The notes: generated by a model from the letters alone, not told the origin. 64,000 nt of DNA from Sulfolobales archaeon (GCA_038867615.1 JAWBYA010000001.1:64001-128000), one strand, 5' to 3'; counted from the stretch's first letter, positions 36,384 through 46,959 are shown. Numbers and translations are program-made.

Positions 36384-39239
36384 TTGGGTATGGATCCTAA
36401 CAATGTATTTGATCTCCTCAACCCAGTGTTAAGACAAGCAATAAGGAGGCTGGGTTATGAGAAGCCCACGAGGATACAGAGGAGGGCCATACCTATTCTA
36501 CTTAGAACTAAGAAGCACTCTATAGTGATCGCTCCAACCGGGAGTGGTAAGACCGAAGCCGTTCTGTTCCCAGTAATCTCAAGGATCCTTGATAGCGGGG
36601 TTAGGGGTCTCCAGATATTATATATAACTCCTCTGAGGGCTCTTAACAGGGATCTTAGGAATAGGCTTGAGAAGCTCTTCCAATCCGTCGGATTCTCTCT
36701 CGGGGTACTCCACGGAGATACTCCCCAGAGCTCTAGGAGAAGGATTGCCGGCTCTCCACCGACTATGATTATAACGACGCCTGAGACTCTCCAGTATATA
36801 ATGGTTAACAAGGATCTCAGGCAACACCTAGCAAGTATAGGCTATGTGGTTGTCGATGAGGTACACGAACTCATGGGGAGTGAGAGGGGGGCTGAGCTTA
36901 TATCGGCTCTCGAGAGGCTTAAGAGATACTCGCCAAGGTTTATGAGGATCGGTTTATCAGGCACCATAGGCAATCCAGGGGATGCGGCTCTCTTCCTAGC
37001 TGGATCTCTATCTAGTGTGGAGATAATAATAGATAGTAGTAGCAAGCCCTGCGAGGTTTCTGTTATGAGCCCTCTCCCAGGGAGTGTTGATCCCGGCGAT
37101 GATGGTTCCGATCCTTTCTTCGCCTCAAGGATCTCTAAGATCGAAGAGATCGTTAGGAACGCGGGCGGCACCGTGATCATATTCACCAACACCAGGGATC
37201 AGGCTGAAAGACTAGGAGCAGAGCTGAGAAGGAGAGGCATAGCCGTTGGTGTTCACCACGGCTCTCTATCAAGAACTACAAGAGAGGAAATCGAGAGAGA
37301 GCTTAGAGAAGGAGGGTTAAAATCCGTGGTTGCCACATCAAGCCTCGAGCTAGGGATAGATGTTGGTAGTATAGATACTATTATCCAGTACATGTCACCA
37401 CGCCAGGCCCTCAAAATGGTTCAGAGAATAGGTAGGAGCGGTCATAGGGAGGATCTTGTGTCGAAAGGCTATATAATAGCTAGTGAGAATATATATGATC
37501 TTGCTGAGAGTGTTGTAATAGCTAAGAGGACTTGCTCCAGCAATCAGCATAGGGGGATAGAGAGGATAAAGATCCGTAAAAACCCCCTGGACGTCCTAGC
37601 CCACCAGATCGCTGGCTTGGTTCTCGAATATGGTGAGATCTCTATAGACGAGATCATCGATACCCTGTCTAAGGCTTACTGCTTCAGAGAGCTGGAAGCC
37701 CAGCAGGTGGAGAGGGTGGTGGAATTCCTCAGAGATATAGGTGTTATCAGTGTTGCTGAGAATCAGGGGAGAAAGATCCTTAGAAAGGGGAGGAGGACTA
37801 GGCGTTACTATTATAGCGTGACCATGATAGTCGATACTAAGAACTATGAGGTTGTTGATGTTATGAGCAACAGGATCATAGGGGAGCTTGATGAGAGATT
37901 CGTTGCAAAAGAGATCTCCCCAGGCGTTGCTATAGTGCTTGGCGGCTCTATATGGAGGATTCTTGAGATAGAGGGTGAGAAGATCTATGCGGAGCCTGTG
38001 GAGAGCATAGAGGGCTCCATACCTAAGTGGATAGGGCAGCAGATCCCTGTTGATAGAAGGATAGCTAGGGAGGTTTGCAGCCTCTTCAAACTAATAGCCA
38101 TGAGTGGAAAGGACAGCTCAAAGGTTATCTCTACGTATCCTATGGATCAAGGGTCTTTTGAGAGGCTCTCCAGCCTGGTTAATAACCACATATCACGTGG
38201 ATACCCATTACCGGGGGAGAGGCTTATCCTTATAGAGGGTTGGAGAGAGCCTGGGTTAAGCATAGCCGTGATTCACACATGCCTAGGGTCTAGGGGTAAT
38301 GAGACCCTTGGTCTCTATATATCGAGCTTCACAGGTCCTCTAATATCATATAGGGCTACGCCCTATGCACTTATACTAGCATCGACTAGGAGCCTCTCTC
38401 TAAGGGATCTAGAGAGGCTTCTCAGCTCGTGGGAGAGCGAGGATGAGGTTATCTCAAGGGTTATTAACGCAGCAAGGTCTAGCGGTGCTTATAAATGGTA
38501 CGTGGTTGCAGCGGCTAAGAAAATGGGGTTAATGGATAAGGATGTATCTTTTGACGAGGCTATGAAGTATGTGAAGTATCTCGAGGGAACAGTGGTTAAT
38601 GAAGAGGCTATAGGAGATATGGTTCACGAGGAGCTCGATATAGATTCCCTTCTAGAGATGCTTAGAGGTATTAAGAGTGGCGATATAAGGATAGCTACCC
38701 TGGATCTTACAGAGCCAACCCCTCTTGGGGAAGAGATCTATAGGGGTGTATCGGGCTTTGAGAGGGTTAGGAGTCAGTCTATACCAACAGATCTTGCTGC
38801 CGAGCTGGTTAGGAGGAGATTGGAGGAGAAGGAGGCACAGCTGGTATGTATAATGTGTGGATATTCTGAGAATAGGAGGGTAAAGGATCTTCCTGAAAGT
38901 CTTTCATGCCCATCATGCGGCTCCGTATTCCTTGGCGTCAATAAATATGGCTATGAGGGGGCGAGAGATCTTGTTAGAAGGATTGCTAAGGATCCCAGGG
39001 TCTTGAAGGATCCGAGGGCGCTTAGTGATGATGAGAAGAAGGTCGTGGATCTGCTTAGAAGGTCTGCGGATCTTGTTGCTACATATGGTAAAAAAGCTGT
39101 TCTGGTAATGATGGGTAGGGGTATAGGTCCGGAGACGGCTAGGGATATATTATCCTCATCGATTAGCGATACAGATATGTATCTAAAGATCCTTGAGAAG
39201 GAAAAAACCTATATATCTACTAAAAAATACTGGGATTAA
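36384..39239 (+). CDS. lhr: Lhr-family SF2 helicase with a C-terminal Zn finger
   Basis: APTGSGKT, TPLRALNRD, DEVH, HHGSLS, SLELGIDVG, QRIGRSGH, DVLAHQI and CIMC..CPSC. Confidence 0.93.
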   Translation: MGMDPNNVFDLLNPVLRQAIRRLGYEKPTRIQRRAIPILLRTKKHSIVIAPTGSGKTEAVLFPVISRILDSGVRGLQILYITPLRALNRDLRNRLEKLFQSVGFSLGVLHGDTPQSSRRRIAGSPPTMIITTPETLQYIMVNKDLRQHLASIGYVVVDEVHELMGSERGAELISALERLKRYSPRFMRIGLSGTIGNPGDAALFLAGSLSSVEIIIDSSSKPCEVSVMSPLPGSVDPGDDGSDPFFASRISKIEEIVRNAGGTVIIFTNTRDQAERLGAELRRRGIAVGVHHGSLSRTTREEIERELREGGLKSVVATSSLELGIDVGSIDTIIQYMSPRQALKMVQRIGRSGHREDLVSKGYIIASENIYDLAESVVIAKRTCSSNQHRGIERIKIRKNPLDVLAHQIAGLVLEYGEISIDEIIDTLSKAYCFRELEAQQVERVVEFLRDIGVISVAENQGRKILRKGRRTRRYYYSVTMIVDTKNYEVVDVMSNRIIGELDERFVAKEISPGVAIVLGGSIWRILEIEGEKIYAEPVESIEGSIPKWIGQQIPVDRRIAREVCSLFKLIAMSGKDSSKVISTYPMDQGSFERLSSLVNNHISRGYPLPGERLILIEGWREPGLSIAVIHTCLGSRGNETLGLYISSFTGPLISYRATPYALILASTRSLSLRDLERLLSSWESEDEVISRVINAARSSGAYKWYVVAAAKKMGLMDKDVSFDEAMKYVKYLEGTVVNEEAIGDMVHEELDIDSLLEMLRGIKSGDIRIATLDLTEPTPLGEEIYRGVSGFERVRSQSIPTDLAAELVRRRLEEKEAQLVCIMCGYSENRRVKDLPESLSCPSCGSVFLGVNKYGYEGARDLVRRIAKDPRVLKDPRALSDDEKKVVDLLRRSADLVATYGKKAVLVMMGRGIGPETARDILSSSISDTDMYLKILEKEKTYISTKKYWD

Positions 39240-39243
39240 AAAC

Positions 39244-40320
39244 CTAGATCCAGGTGAGGTTTTCTAGGAACCTTAGCCTCTTGGGGATCGGTGGGTGTGT
39301 TGCTAGGATCTCTTCGATCGGCGAGTACTCAGATCTCATGATCCTCTCTATATCAGCCCTCGATACTCTGTAGAAGGGCTCTGCAACAGCATCTGTTAAG
39401 GCGTATATGAATAGGGCTCTCATCTTGCTATCCTTAACGCTCTGGTGGATATCCTCGTTCCTGCGGTAGAATATATGTATCTTAGCAAGGGCTGCCTGCA
39501 TGGCGCTCCTACCAGCTGCTCTAGCTCCCTCTAGGTCTGCATAGTATTCTCTAAGTCTGCTGAAGGTTAGGATCAGGATCTGGAGGACAAAGGATACTAT
39601 GACAGCAGCTATCCCTACTGCGGCTATTATGGCGTTTCCAGAGCCGTTTCTCCTTCCACTATTGCCTCCCCATAGTGCTAGGTGCACAAGGCTTACTCCT
39701 AGGTAGTATATAACCGAGGGGAGTATTCCGAGGAAGAGCATTATAGCGTTATCCCTATGCTTGTGATGCCCTATCTCATGCCCTATAACGGCCTCAAGCT
39801 CGTTCTGATCCACAAGCTCCATCATACCGTCGGTAACAGCAACATACTTTCCAGTCACTATGTTTCCATATGCAAATGCGTTGGGCGGACCTCTTACCCT
39901 CACAGCCTTGGGAGGCTTTACACCAAGCCTCTGGGCAACCCTATTAACTATCTCCTGAAGCCTCTGGTCCGGTGTGGCTCCGTAGAATAGGTTTATCATG
40001 AAGGGGGATATTAGGTATGTTATCAGGTTAGCTATTATGACGAAAGCCATTATAGGGACTATAAAGCCCCACACAACCGATGGATCGGTGAGATTTATTG
40101 GAACACCCTGCCACAGCTGGATAGCATATATTATCGCTGCTAGGGTTGCTGAGAAGACGAATATTATCAGGACGAGTGTTAGAGCCATTGAGCTGTATAG
40201 CGATAGAGTTCCTGAGAGTTTCCCAGCAACCTTTGGCGCTATGGTGGCAGCTAGAAGAAACATCACTACATATCCAAGCACTGTTAATACTAATGCTATT
40301 GGGCTAAAGAACAGGAACAT
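39244..40320 (-). CDS. htpX: Zinc metalloprotease HtpX (M48)
   Basis: PNAFAYG, AVIGHEIGH, SRLREYYAD and THPPIPKR. Confidence 0.93.
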   Translation of the reverse strand: MFLFFSPIALVLTVLGYVVMFLLAATIAPKVAGKLSGTLSLYSSMALTLVLIIFVFSATLAAIIYAIQLWQGVPINLTDPSVVWGFIVPIMAFVIIANLITYLISPFMINLFYGATPDQRLQEIVNRVAQRLGVKPPKAVRVRGPPNAFAYGNIVTGKYVAVTDGMMELVDQNELEAVIGHEIGHHKHRDNAIMLFLGILPSVIYYLGVSLVHLALWGGNSGRRNGSGNAIIAAVGIAAVIVSFVLQILILTFSRLREYYADLEGARAAGRSAMQAALAKIHIFYRRNEDIHQSVKDSKMRALFIYALTDAVAEPFYRVSRADIERIMRSEYSPIEEILATHPPIPKRLRFLENLTWI

Positions 40321-40470
40321 TCCGACTACCCAATGATAGTAGATAGTGTAGAAGCTAATAAGGGTTCGCATATGGAGATCTATGATCCCTATCCTGATGC
40401 ACTAAACATGTGGAGTCATTTTTAAATGATATGAACCTTTCCTCACAATACCATATAGATCCTTGGTGGT

Positions 40471-40821
40471 TGCCATAGCCAGCTGTTTCAGGTTTCATGA
40501 TGGTTTATAGGGGTTGATATTAAACTCGAGGTTCTGCAGTAATGTAACCTTATATAAGCTCTTATATTTCACTGGGATGCCGCCCAACAATGAGGGTGGG
40601 GATAGAGATCCGAGTGGGCGGGTTAAATAAAAAGCCCAGGATGTGGGGGTTTCCCCACAGCAATGAGCCAGAGCAAAGCTATGAAGGGGAGCTGTGGATC
40701 GGGGTCACCTCGAACGGGTGGAGGCCAAGGATATGGGCCCCAATGATAGAGGCCCTGAGGCCCATGAAACCAAGGGAAGAACGGTTGGTATAAAAATCAA
40801 CTGCTATTAAGCCAGAACCCC
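40471..40821 (+). mobile_element. Non-autonomous TnpB-element relic, family 1 copy B (longest)
   Basis: Left end TGCCATAGCCAGCTG; TTATATAAG at 40550; extra hairpin CCGCCCA/TGGGCGG; frame MWGFPHSNEPE..ELWIGVT..GWRP.IWAPM..ALRPMKP; right end AAGCCAGAACCCC. Confidence 0.78.
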
Positions 40822-41018
40822 TAAGCAGTACTCTAAACCATCTAGACAAGATCCTGTGATTAGAGTTCCGCGTGGTTAGGCTGAGATCTATCCGTGATCC
40901 GCAAATAAGGAGATCTATGCGTATTGCCTGAAGAATCCCTGTATTCGCTGGTTCTCTGATATTATTGATCGGAAGCTAGCAGAAAGCTAAAAAGCCTTAG
41001 AAGATTATAGAGATATGG

Positions 41019-41094
41019 GCCGGGGTAGCTCAGCTGGTAGAGCGCCGGGCTGTTAACCCGGTGGTCGGAGGTTCGAATCCTCCCCCCGGCGCCA
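41019..41094 (+). tRNA. tRNA-Asn(GTT), CCA encoded
   Basis: GCCGGGGTAGCTCAGCTGGTAGAGCGCCGGGCTGTTAACCCGGTGGTCGGAGGTTCGAATCCTCCCCCCGGCGCCA folds as a cloverleaf. Confidence 0.97.
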
Positions 41095-41651
41095 ATGCCG
41101 TAACGGGTTGCCTTAGTTTTAATTAAAGTTCTATAGTGATTGGCACCATATTATTAGAGCCCTTATCTATAGCCTCTTTCCAATATTGCCTGTTTTACTG
41201 CTATGAGGTAACCTCTGTACCATGACTCCCTTTTCAACCCTCTACCCGTTTTTCTATCTCCGTTCACATCACAGACAAATATTCCTTAGGTTGTGGCTTA
41301 TCTATAAAACATAAGAGGATCTAATAGAAGAACTGAGCTCTAGAGTCCATGAAGCCAAGAAAATAGCGGCTGGATCCGTGCAGTAACAACAATGAAACCT
41401 GAATTCCTTATCTGACCCCTGTGATTCGTAAAAGCCGGGTTTAGATTAATAATTAATCAAAATCACAGGATTAGGAGGTTATGGGATCCTTAACCACAGC
41501 TTCCAGCGTAATAAGTCCTAATAAATGTGTAAAGAAAATCGTTATAGAGATATTCATAGAAACTGTTTTTCTTAATGTTGCTTCGAGAAAACGTAAAATA
41601 TATTAGTTTATATACGGAGTATTCTCGCCAAGCCGAACCGGGTGGGGAATA

Positions 41652-43598
41652 ATGCCCGGATCTATTAAGGGATCTGTAGATGAAAACCCTATCCAACCAT
41701 ATTCAAGGGAAGCCAGCAATTCCTCAGGAGGAATCTCTTTATCCATACGGGCTGGGCGGGGGTCTCTGTATACCAGGGAAAGACGAAGAAGATCAATAAA
41801 TATCAAGGGGCGAGCAGTTAGCTTGAGGGCGTCTGCTCTCCTAGCTTCTATCCTTGTTATCATCACATTCTTCGCCCCAGTGCAAGTGTTCATAGGCGAA
41901 GCCGATGCCCAGCTACCGCAAAACGTTAGGTCAGAGCTTACTAGTTATTTGCAAAAACTCTCTAAAGGATGGGATCAAGAGGCTGTCGAGGGTGCTAACC
42001 GGATATTGAGTAATACGAGCTATACTTCGAAGGCGTGGGAGAACTTCTTTACAGAGTATTTTAGCTCTAACCCGTTTACGGATCATCTTAAGTTCTATCT
42101 CAGCTACGCGGTTTTCTCGTGGTTTAGTGAAGATGTTCGTCTCAACCTTCAAAAGGGCCTTATAAACCCGATGTTAACAAACATAAAGCATATTATGGAG
42201 AACTATAGTAAGAATTTGAGCGATACTCTATCCAGCAACCCCGCAATTCTTCAGACACTCTTCAATTCCCACGGGTTTATCAACGATTATACGAAGCTCG
42301 GCGTAGTGGGGGATGAGGCTAACTACAAAATATATTCTTTCTATATCAAGCTAGTGAGAGACTATCCCCATCTGCTGAGGAAAGAGATCACCTTCAACCC
42401 AAACACACAGCCATATCTCGCAACAATAAGGGCTCAAGTGTGGATGAACCTTAGAGACGCTATACCCCTAAACCAAAGCGTAAAGCAAGAAATAGCCGAA
42501 ACAATAGGTCTTGATGGCATTTATCTCGATATATGGCGTGAGTTCTCAATACTGGTGATAGATAACAATGGCTTCGATAAAAGGCAGTTAGAGGTTATAC
42601 AAGACGTTTTGAGCAAGATCCCGAAAGATCTACATATGCTTGGTAGCATCACATGCAATGAGCTGTTGGGCAATACGAATGAGCGTTTTCTATGGTTTTC
42701 TACAAAGCTGAGTGTGAATCTATTCAACGTAAAAGTCGGTTCATATATTGAAAACCAGTTTCCAAATGATATAGAGCCGGGGTACTCTGACCTCTTCACA
42801 ATGGTTCTTATCCATGAGGTTAACCACGCGGTTGATGCATATCTATACCCACGCTTTAAATGGTTCTCCACACCGGATCCGAGTTATAAACCCCGTCTAG
42901 ATGGTTTGATAGCAAGGGCTGGGAACAATAGCATGAATTATCTCAGAAGCATGTTCGAAAGCGGCTTTTTTGTGAAATACCCGCAGGAGTTCTTTGCATC
43001 GATATCAAACCAGTATTTCAGCAACAGCTCCCACACACTAAAGCTCGCTTTAAGCAGATTTGATAAGGGGTATAAAGAGCCAATCAATCAATTCCTATTC
43101 TTCGCAAATGTCTACTCCCAAGGAGGGAACACCACGCTCTTCTACACCACCGATACCAATGGTAACGTGTATAGGAGAGAGGTGCCGATCTTTAGGGATT
43201 GGAATGGAAATATAGTCGCGATAGCCGATGGCAAGAATATGTATAGATTCACATTGGATCGGGATGGTAATGTTATCTCCTACTCCATCACCGAAGCACC
43301 TCTAATGAATGTCAGCTTCGACATCGAACCCAGGGTTGGCGAGCTTATAATTGATAATATAAAATACAGCGCGGATGAGATGCCCGTATCTTTCAAATGG
43401 GGTTTGGGCTCTGTGCACTCAATCGAAGCCCCAAAGATTATCGAGATAGGACCAGGGCTCCGCCTCGTCTTTGACGGATGGAGTGATGGGGTTACTTCAG
43501 CTAAAAGAACAATAATGGTATTATCCCCAGCTATGTTGGTTGCAAAATATAGAGTAGAACATCTTAGAGAACCTATATATATGCCGTTTGGTTCTTAG
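41652..43598 (+). CDS. Putative exported HEXXH zinc metallopeptidase with a C-terminal beta-repeat domain (true start probably downstream of 41652)
   Basis: Hydrophobic signal-like segment ALLASILVIITFFAP, LIHEVNHAVD, a downstream PQEFFAS and a C-terminal VFDGWSDG. Confidence 0.7.
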   Translation: MPGSIKGSVDENPIQPYSREASNSSGGISLSIRAGRGSLYTRERRRRSINIKGRAVSLRASALLASILVIITFFAPVQVFIGEADAQLPQNVRSELTSYLQKLSKGWDQEAVEGANRILSNTSYTSKAWENFFTEYFSSNPFTDHLKFYLSYAVFSWFSEDVRLNLQKGLINPMLTNIKHIMENYSKNLSDTLSSNPAILQTLFNSHGFINDYTKLGVVGDEANYKIYSFYIKLVRDYPHLLRKEITFNPNTQPYLATIRAQVWMNLRDAIPLNQSVKQEIAETIGLDGIYLDIWREFSILVIDNNGFDKRQLEVIQDVLSKIPKDLHMLGSITCNELLGNTNERFLWFSTKLSVNLFNVKVGSYIENQFPNDIEPGYSDLFTMVLIHEVNHAVDAYLYPRFKWFSTPDPSYKPRLDGLIARAGNNSMNYLRSMFESGFFVKYPQEFFASISNQYFSNSSHTLKLALSRFDKGYKEPINQFLFFANVYSQGGNTTLFYTTDTNGNVYRREVPIFRDWNGNIVAIADGKNMYRFTLDRDGNVISYSITEAPLMNVSFDIEPRVGELIIDNIKYSADEMPVSFKWGLGSVHSIEAPKIIEIGPGLRLVFDGWSDGVTSAKRTIMVLSPAMLVAKYRVEHLREPIYMPFGS

Positions 43599-43660
43599 AT
43601 ATTAATTTTATTTCTCTTTGTTTTCTTCCATATCTAGCGACTTTAACACTCACCTTTAGT

Positions 43661-43842
43661 GTGGGGATAGAGGCCTGAGTGGATGGGCCGGAGCTGCTAT
43701 GAGGGGCTATGGGTTGGGGTTTCTCTGGATGTGTGGGGGCTGAGTATATGGGCTCCAGTGATGGGGGCTTTGAGGTCTGTGAAGCCGGGGGAACAGTTGA
43801 TATCAAAAAAAAAAAATACCTCCGCTATGAAACCCGAACCCC
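43661..43842 (+). mobile_element. Non-autonomous TnpB-element relic, family 1 copy C (right part only)
   Basis: Shares GTGGGGATAGAG..C.GAGTGG with copy B; LWVGVSL..IWAPV.GALR.VKP frame; right end AAACCCGAACCCC; 12-A run at 43805-43816. Confidence 0.7.
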
Positions 43843-45336
43843 ATATACGGATCTGTATATTTTATAGCTTGGAGCAAGGGTCTTTGGATGGTTTGCTCTA
43901 ACCATGTCAAGCCTGGACACTGAGGTGTTGCTCGGTGTTTTCTTGACCTCCTCGGGATTTCTATAAGCCTTCTCCGCGATCTTGTTGAGGATCTCTGCGT
44001 ATGCCTCTATAACCTCTCTAGGCTCTGTCTCTGTGAACTCTACCATTAGGGCTTCGCTAACTATGAGTGGGAAGTATATTGTTGGGGCGTGGAGCCCTTC
44101 GTTAAGCAACGCCTTAGCTATATCCTCTGTCGTCACACCAGTCTCTCTCGCTATCTTGCTAGCGCTTATAACAACCTCGTGTTTCCTGGGCTTCTCGGGC
44201 GCATAGGGTAACTCGTAATATGGCTTCTCAAGGATCTTCTTTATAAAGTAGTTTGTATTCAATACAGAGATCTCGGAGACCTCCCTCAACCCTTGGGGAC
44301 CTAGCATCGCTATATATGCGAATGTCCTCACAACAGGCGCTATATTTCCATAGAAGGCTCTAACAGCTCCTATGCATTTCTTACAATCATAATCCCAGTA
44401 GTACTTATCACCTTTTCTCTCTACCAAGGGTCTTGGGAGGTAGTCTACAAGCTCTCCCCTAGCGCATACAACACCTCCTCCAGGACCCCCACCCCCATGG
44501 GGTGTTGCGAATGTCTTGTGCAGGTTGAGGTGAACTATATCGAAGCCCATATCCCCCGGCCTTGCAATCCCCATTATCCCGTTGAGGTTAGCCCCATCAT
44601 AGTATAGAAGCCCTCCAGCACCATGGACTATATCAGAGATCTCGAGTATCCTGCTCTCAAAGATTCCGAGGGTGTTTGGGTTGGTGAGCATAATCCCAGC
44701 GGTTCTCGGACCCACAGAAGCTTTTAACGCTTCTATAGAGACCTCTCCATCAGGGCCTGTGGGGATTCTAACAACCTTGAAGCCTGCCATCGCAGCGCTG
44801 GCAGGGTTGCTTCCATGGGCAGAGTCTGGTATGAGCATCTCATCCCTCTCCTCACCCCTATCGAGGTGGTATTTCCTAATCATAAGGGCTCCTGCAAACT
44901 CGCCAGCAGCCCCTGCTGGGGGTTGGAAGCTACATCTATCCATACCGGTGATCTCGGCTAACCATCTCTCGGTTAGATATATTATTTCCAGGATACCCTG
45001 AACAGTATCGATATCCTGTAGGGGGTGGAGCTCGACAACTCTTGGATCCATGGCTATGAGATCTAACACCTTAGGATTATACTTCATGGTGCACGAGCCG
45101 AGAGGAACCGGCCCTAGATCTACTCCATATGACATCTGGGATAACCTGGTGTAGTGTCTAACAACCTCGATCTCGGAGAGCGTTGGTATTGAGGGCTCGT
45201 CTTTTCTCAACAGGTTCTCGGGGATCTTTATCTCGATCTCGCTAAACTGATCCTCGTAGGGGATGAGGGGTCCTGCAGAAGATCTCCTTCCACGTTCTAG
45301 CAAGAGATCCTCGTCCCACCTAGCCTGTCTCCACAT
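43825..45336 (-). CDS. gcvPB: Glycine dehydrogenase (decarboxylating) subunit 2
   Basis: PLGSCTMKYNP, SAHGSNPAS, TNPNTLG and HLNLHKTFATPHGGGGPG. Confidence 0.96.
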   Translation of the reverse strand: MWRQARWDEDLLLERGRRSSAGPLIPYEDQFSEIEIKIPENLLRKDEPSIPTLSEIEVVRHYTRLSQMSYGVDLGPVPLGSCTMKYNPKVLDLIAMDPRVVELHPLQDIDTVQGILEIIYLTERWLAEITGMDRCSFQPPAGAAGEFAGALMIRKYHLDRGEERDEMLIPDSAHGSNPASAAMAGFKVVRIPTGPDGEVSIEALKASVGPRTAGIMLTNPNTLGIFESRILEISDIVHGAGGLLYYDGANLNGIMGIARPGDMGFDIVHLNLHKTFATPHGGGGPGGGVVCARGELVDYLPRPLVERKGDKYYWDYDCKKCIGAVRAFYGNIAPVVRTFAYIAMLGPQGLREVSEISVLNTNYFIKKILEKPYYELPYAPEKPRKHEVVISASKIARETGVTTEDIAKALLNEGLHAPTIYFPLIVSEALMVEFTETEPREVIEAYAEILNKIAEKAYRNPEEVKKTPSNTSVSRLDMVRANHPKTLAPSYKIYRSVYGVRVS

Positions 45337-45337
45337 A

Positions 45338-46714
45338 TCAGCTCACCTCGTCTAGAGCGTTTATAAGGAGATCTATATCGCTTTTGCTATGAACCTCTGA
45401 GAAGCAGAAGAGGGAGCAATCCTCATAACCCCTTAGAAGATCTTTTAACCATAGTCCCCCGTGGATGCCTCTAGCCAAGAGATCCCTATGGATCTCTTCG
45501 TAACTCCTCCTATGGAATCTCAAGGGTACCTCCTTAAAGAGAAGATCTGTGTCAATAGCTATAGAGACCCTGCCTTGGAGCCTTTCTCTAATACTCTCAA
45601 CAGCATATCTAGTTCTCTTCAAAATGCTTTCTCCAAGCCTTCTTAACCCATTCCAACCCAGGTATGAGATATATATAGCCCCCATAATCGCCATGAGGGA
45701 GGAGTTTGTGGTTATATTACTTGTAGCCTTCTCCCTCCTAATATGCTGCTCCCTAGTCTGGAGGATCAGTGAATAACCCCTATCACCATTAGAATCGAGC
45801 GTCACGCCAACCAGCCTTCCTGGAAGCTGTTTCAACAACCCCTGATCCATTCTAACCCCGAGGATCCCTAGCCCAGGGCCTCCATAGTTAAGCCCTAAGC
45901 CGAGGCCTTGTCCATCGCCAACAACTATATCGGCACCATAGCTTCCAGGAGGCTTTATAACCCCGAGGCTTACAGGGTCTGAGAAGACTATAAACAAGGA
46001 TCCCTTGCTCCTAACTATGCTTCCTATCTCTTCGGGCTCCTCGACCATGTTTCCAAGGAAAGACGGGTTTTCTAGATAGACAGCAGCCGTCTCCCCATCA
46101 ATCCTACCAATCAAATCCTGGATCAAGGGCTGTCCTCTCCCATCAACCCTATACTCTGCAATAACACCCCCGACAGGCGAGATCCACGTATTGGCAACAG
46201 ATCTATGGAAGGGGTTCATAGTCTCGGGAACAAGGATCTTCCTCCTCCCAGTAACCCTCATGGCAAGCCTGAAGGCCTCGGCAACAGCCGTCGAGCCGTC
46301 GTACATAGAGGCGTTAACAACATCGACGCCATATAGCTCGGCCATCATGCTTTGATACTCAAACAAAGCTTGGAGAATACCCTGGTTTATCTCAGGCTGG
46401 TAAGGAGTATATGCTGTGTAAACCTCGCCCCTTAGTGAGAGGAGCCTGGCTATAGAGGGGGTGTGGCTAGCACATAACCCGCCTCCTATGAATGGGGGAG
46501 GATCCCTGAATACTTTGTTCTTAGACAATATCCTATCGACAAGCCTGAGAACCTCGTACTCAGATAACGGTTTCCCAAACCCTACGTTGAGGTTCTTCTT
46601 AAGCCTTATAGGCTCTGGTATGTCTGCGAAAAGTTCATCTATATTTTTACCAATGCTCCTTAGCATTGAAGCCTTGATCTCGGGATCCGAATTCGGGATC
46701 CAGTTATGATACAT
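45338..46714 (-). CDS. gcvPA: Glycine dehydrogenase (decarboxylating) subunit 1
   Basis: TAYTPYQPEINQG, NASMYDG and QTREQHIRREKATSNI. Confidence 0.96.
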   Translation of the reverse strand: MYHNWIPNSDPEIKASMLRSIGKNIDELFADIPEPIRLKKNLNVGFGKPLSEYEVLRLVDRILSKNKVFRDPPPFIGGGLCASHTPSIARLLSLRGEVYTAYTPYQPEINQGILQALFEYQSMMAELYGVDVVNASMYDGSTAVAEAFRLAMRVTGRRKILVPETMNPFHRSVANTWISPVGGVIAEYRVDGRGQPLIQDLIGRIDGETAAVYLENPSFLGNMVEEPEEIGSIVRSKGSLFIVFSDPVSLGVIKPPGSYGADIVVGDGQGLGLGLNYGGPGLGILGVRMDQGLLKQLPGRLVGVTLDSNGDRGYSLILQTREQHIRREKATSNITTNSSLMAIMGAIYISYLGWNGLRRLGESILKRTRYAVESIRERLQGRVSIAIDTDLLFKEVPLRFHRRSYEEIHRDLLARGIHGGLWLKDLLRGYEDCSLFCFSEVHSKSDIDLLINALDEVS

Positions 46715-46959
46715 CTTAGAGCTCCATAGAAGACTAGCAAATAAAGATTAATAATGGAGAGGTTACGAATCCTTTTCCCAGGCTTATTACGAACAAGTGT
46801 TGTATGAAACGATCTTTCACCGCACAGCCTATTGCCCAGAATATCAAAGCTTAGAAATCCTGGCTTGCGTGTATCAAAAAGCTAGCTAGACAACCAGTGT
46901 GTTGCGGCAGTGCGTGGTAGAATTGCTCTGAGAGATCTGTTCTAAGAGTTACTGTGTTT

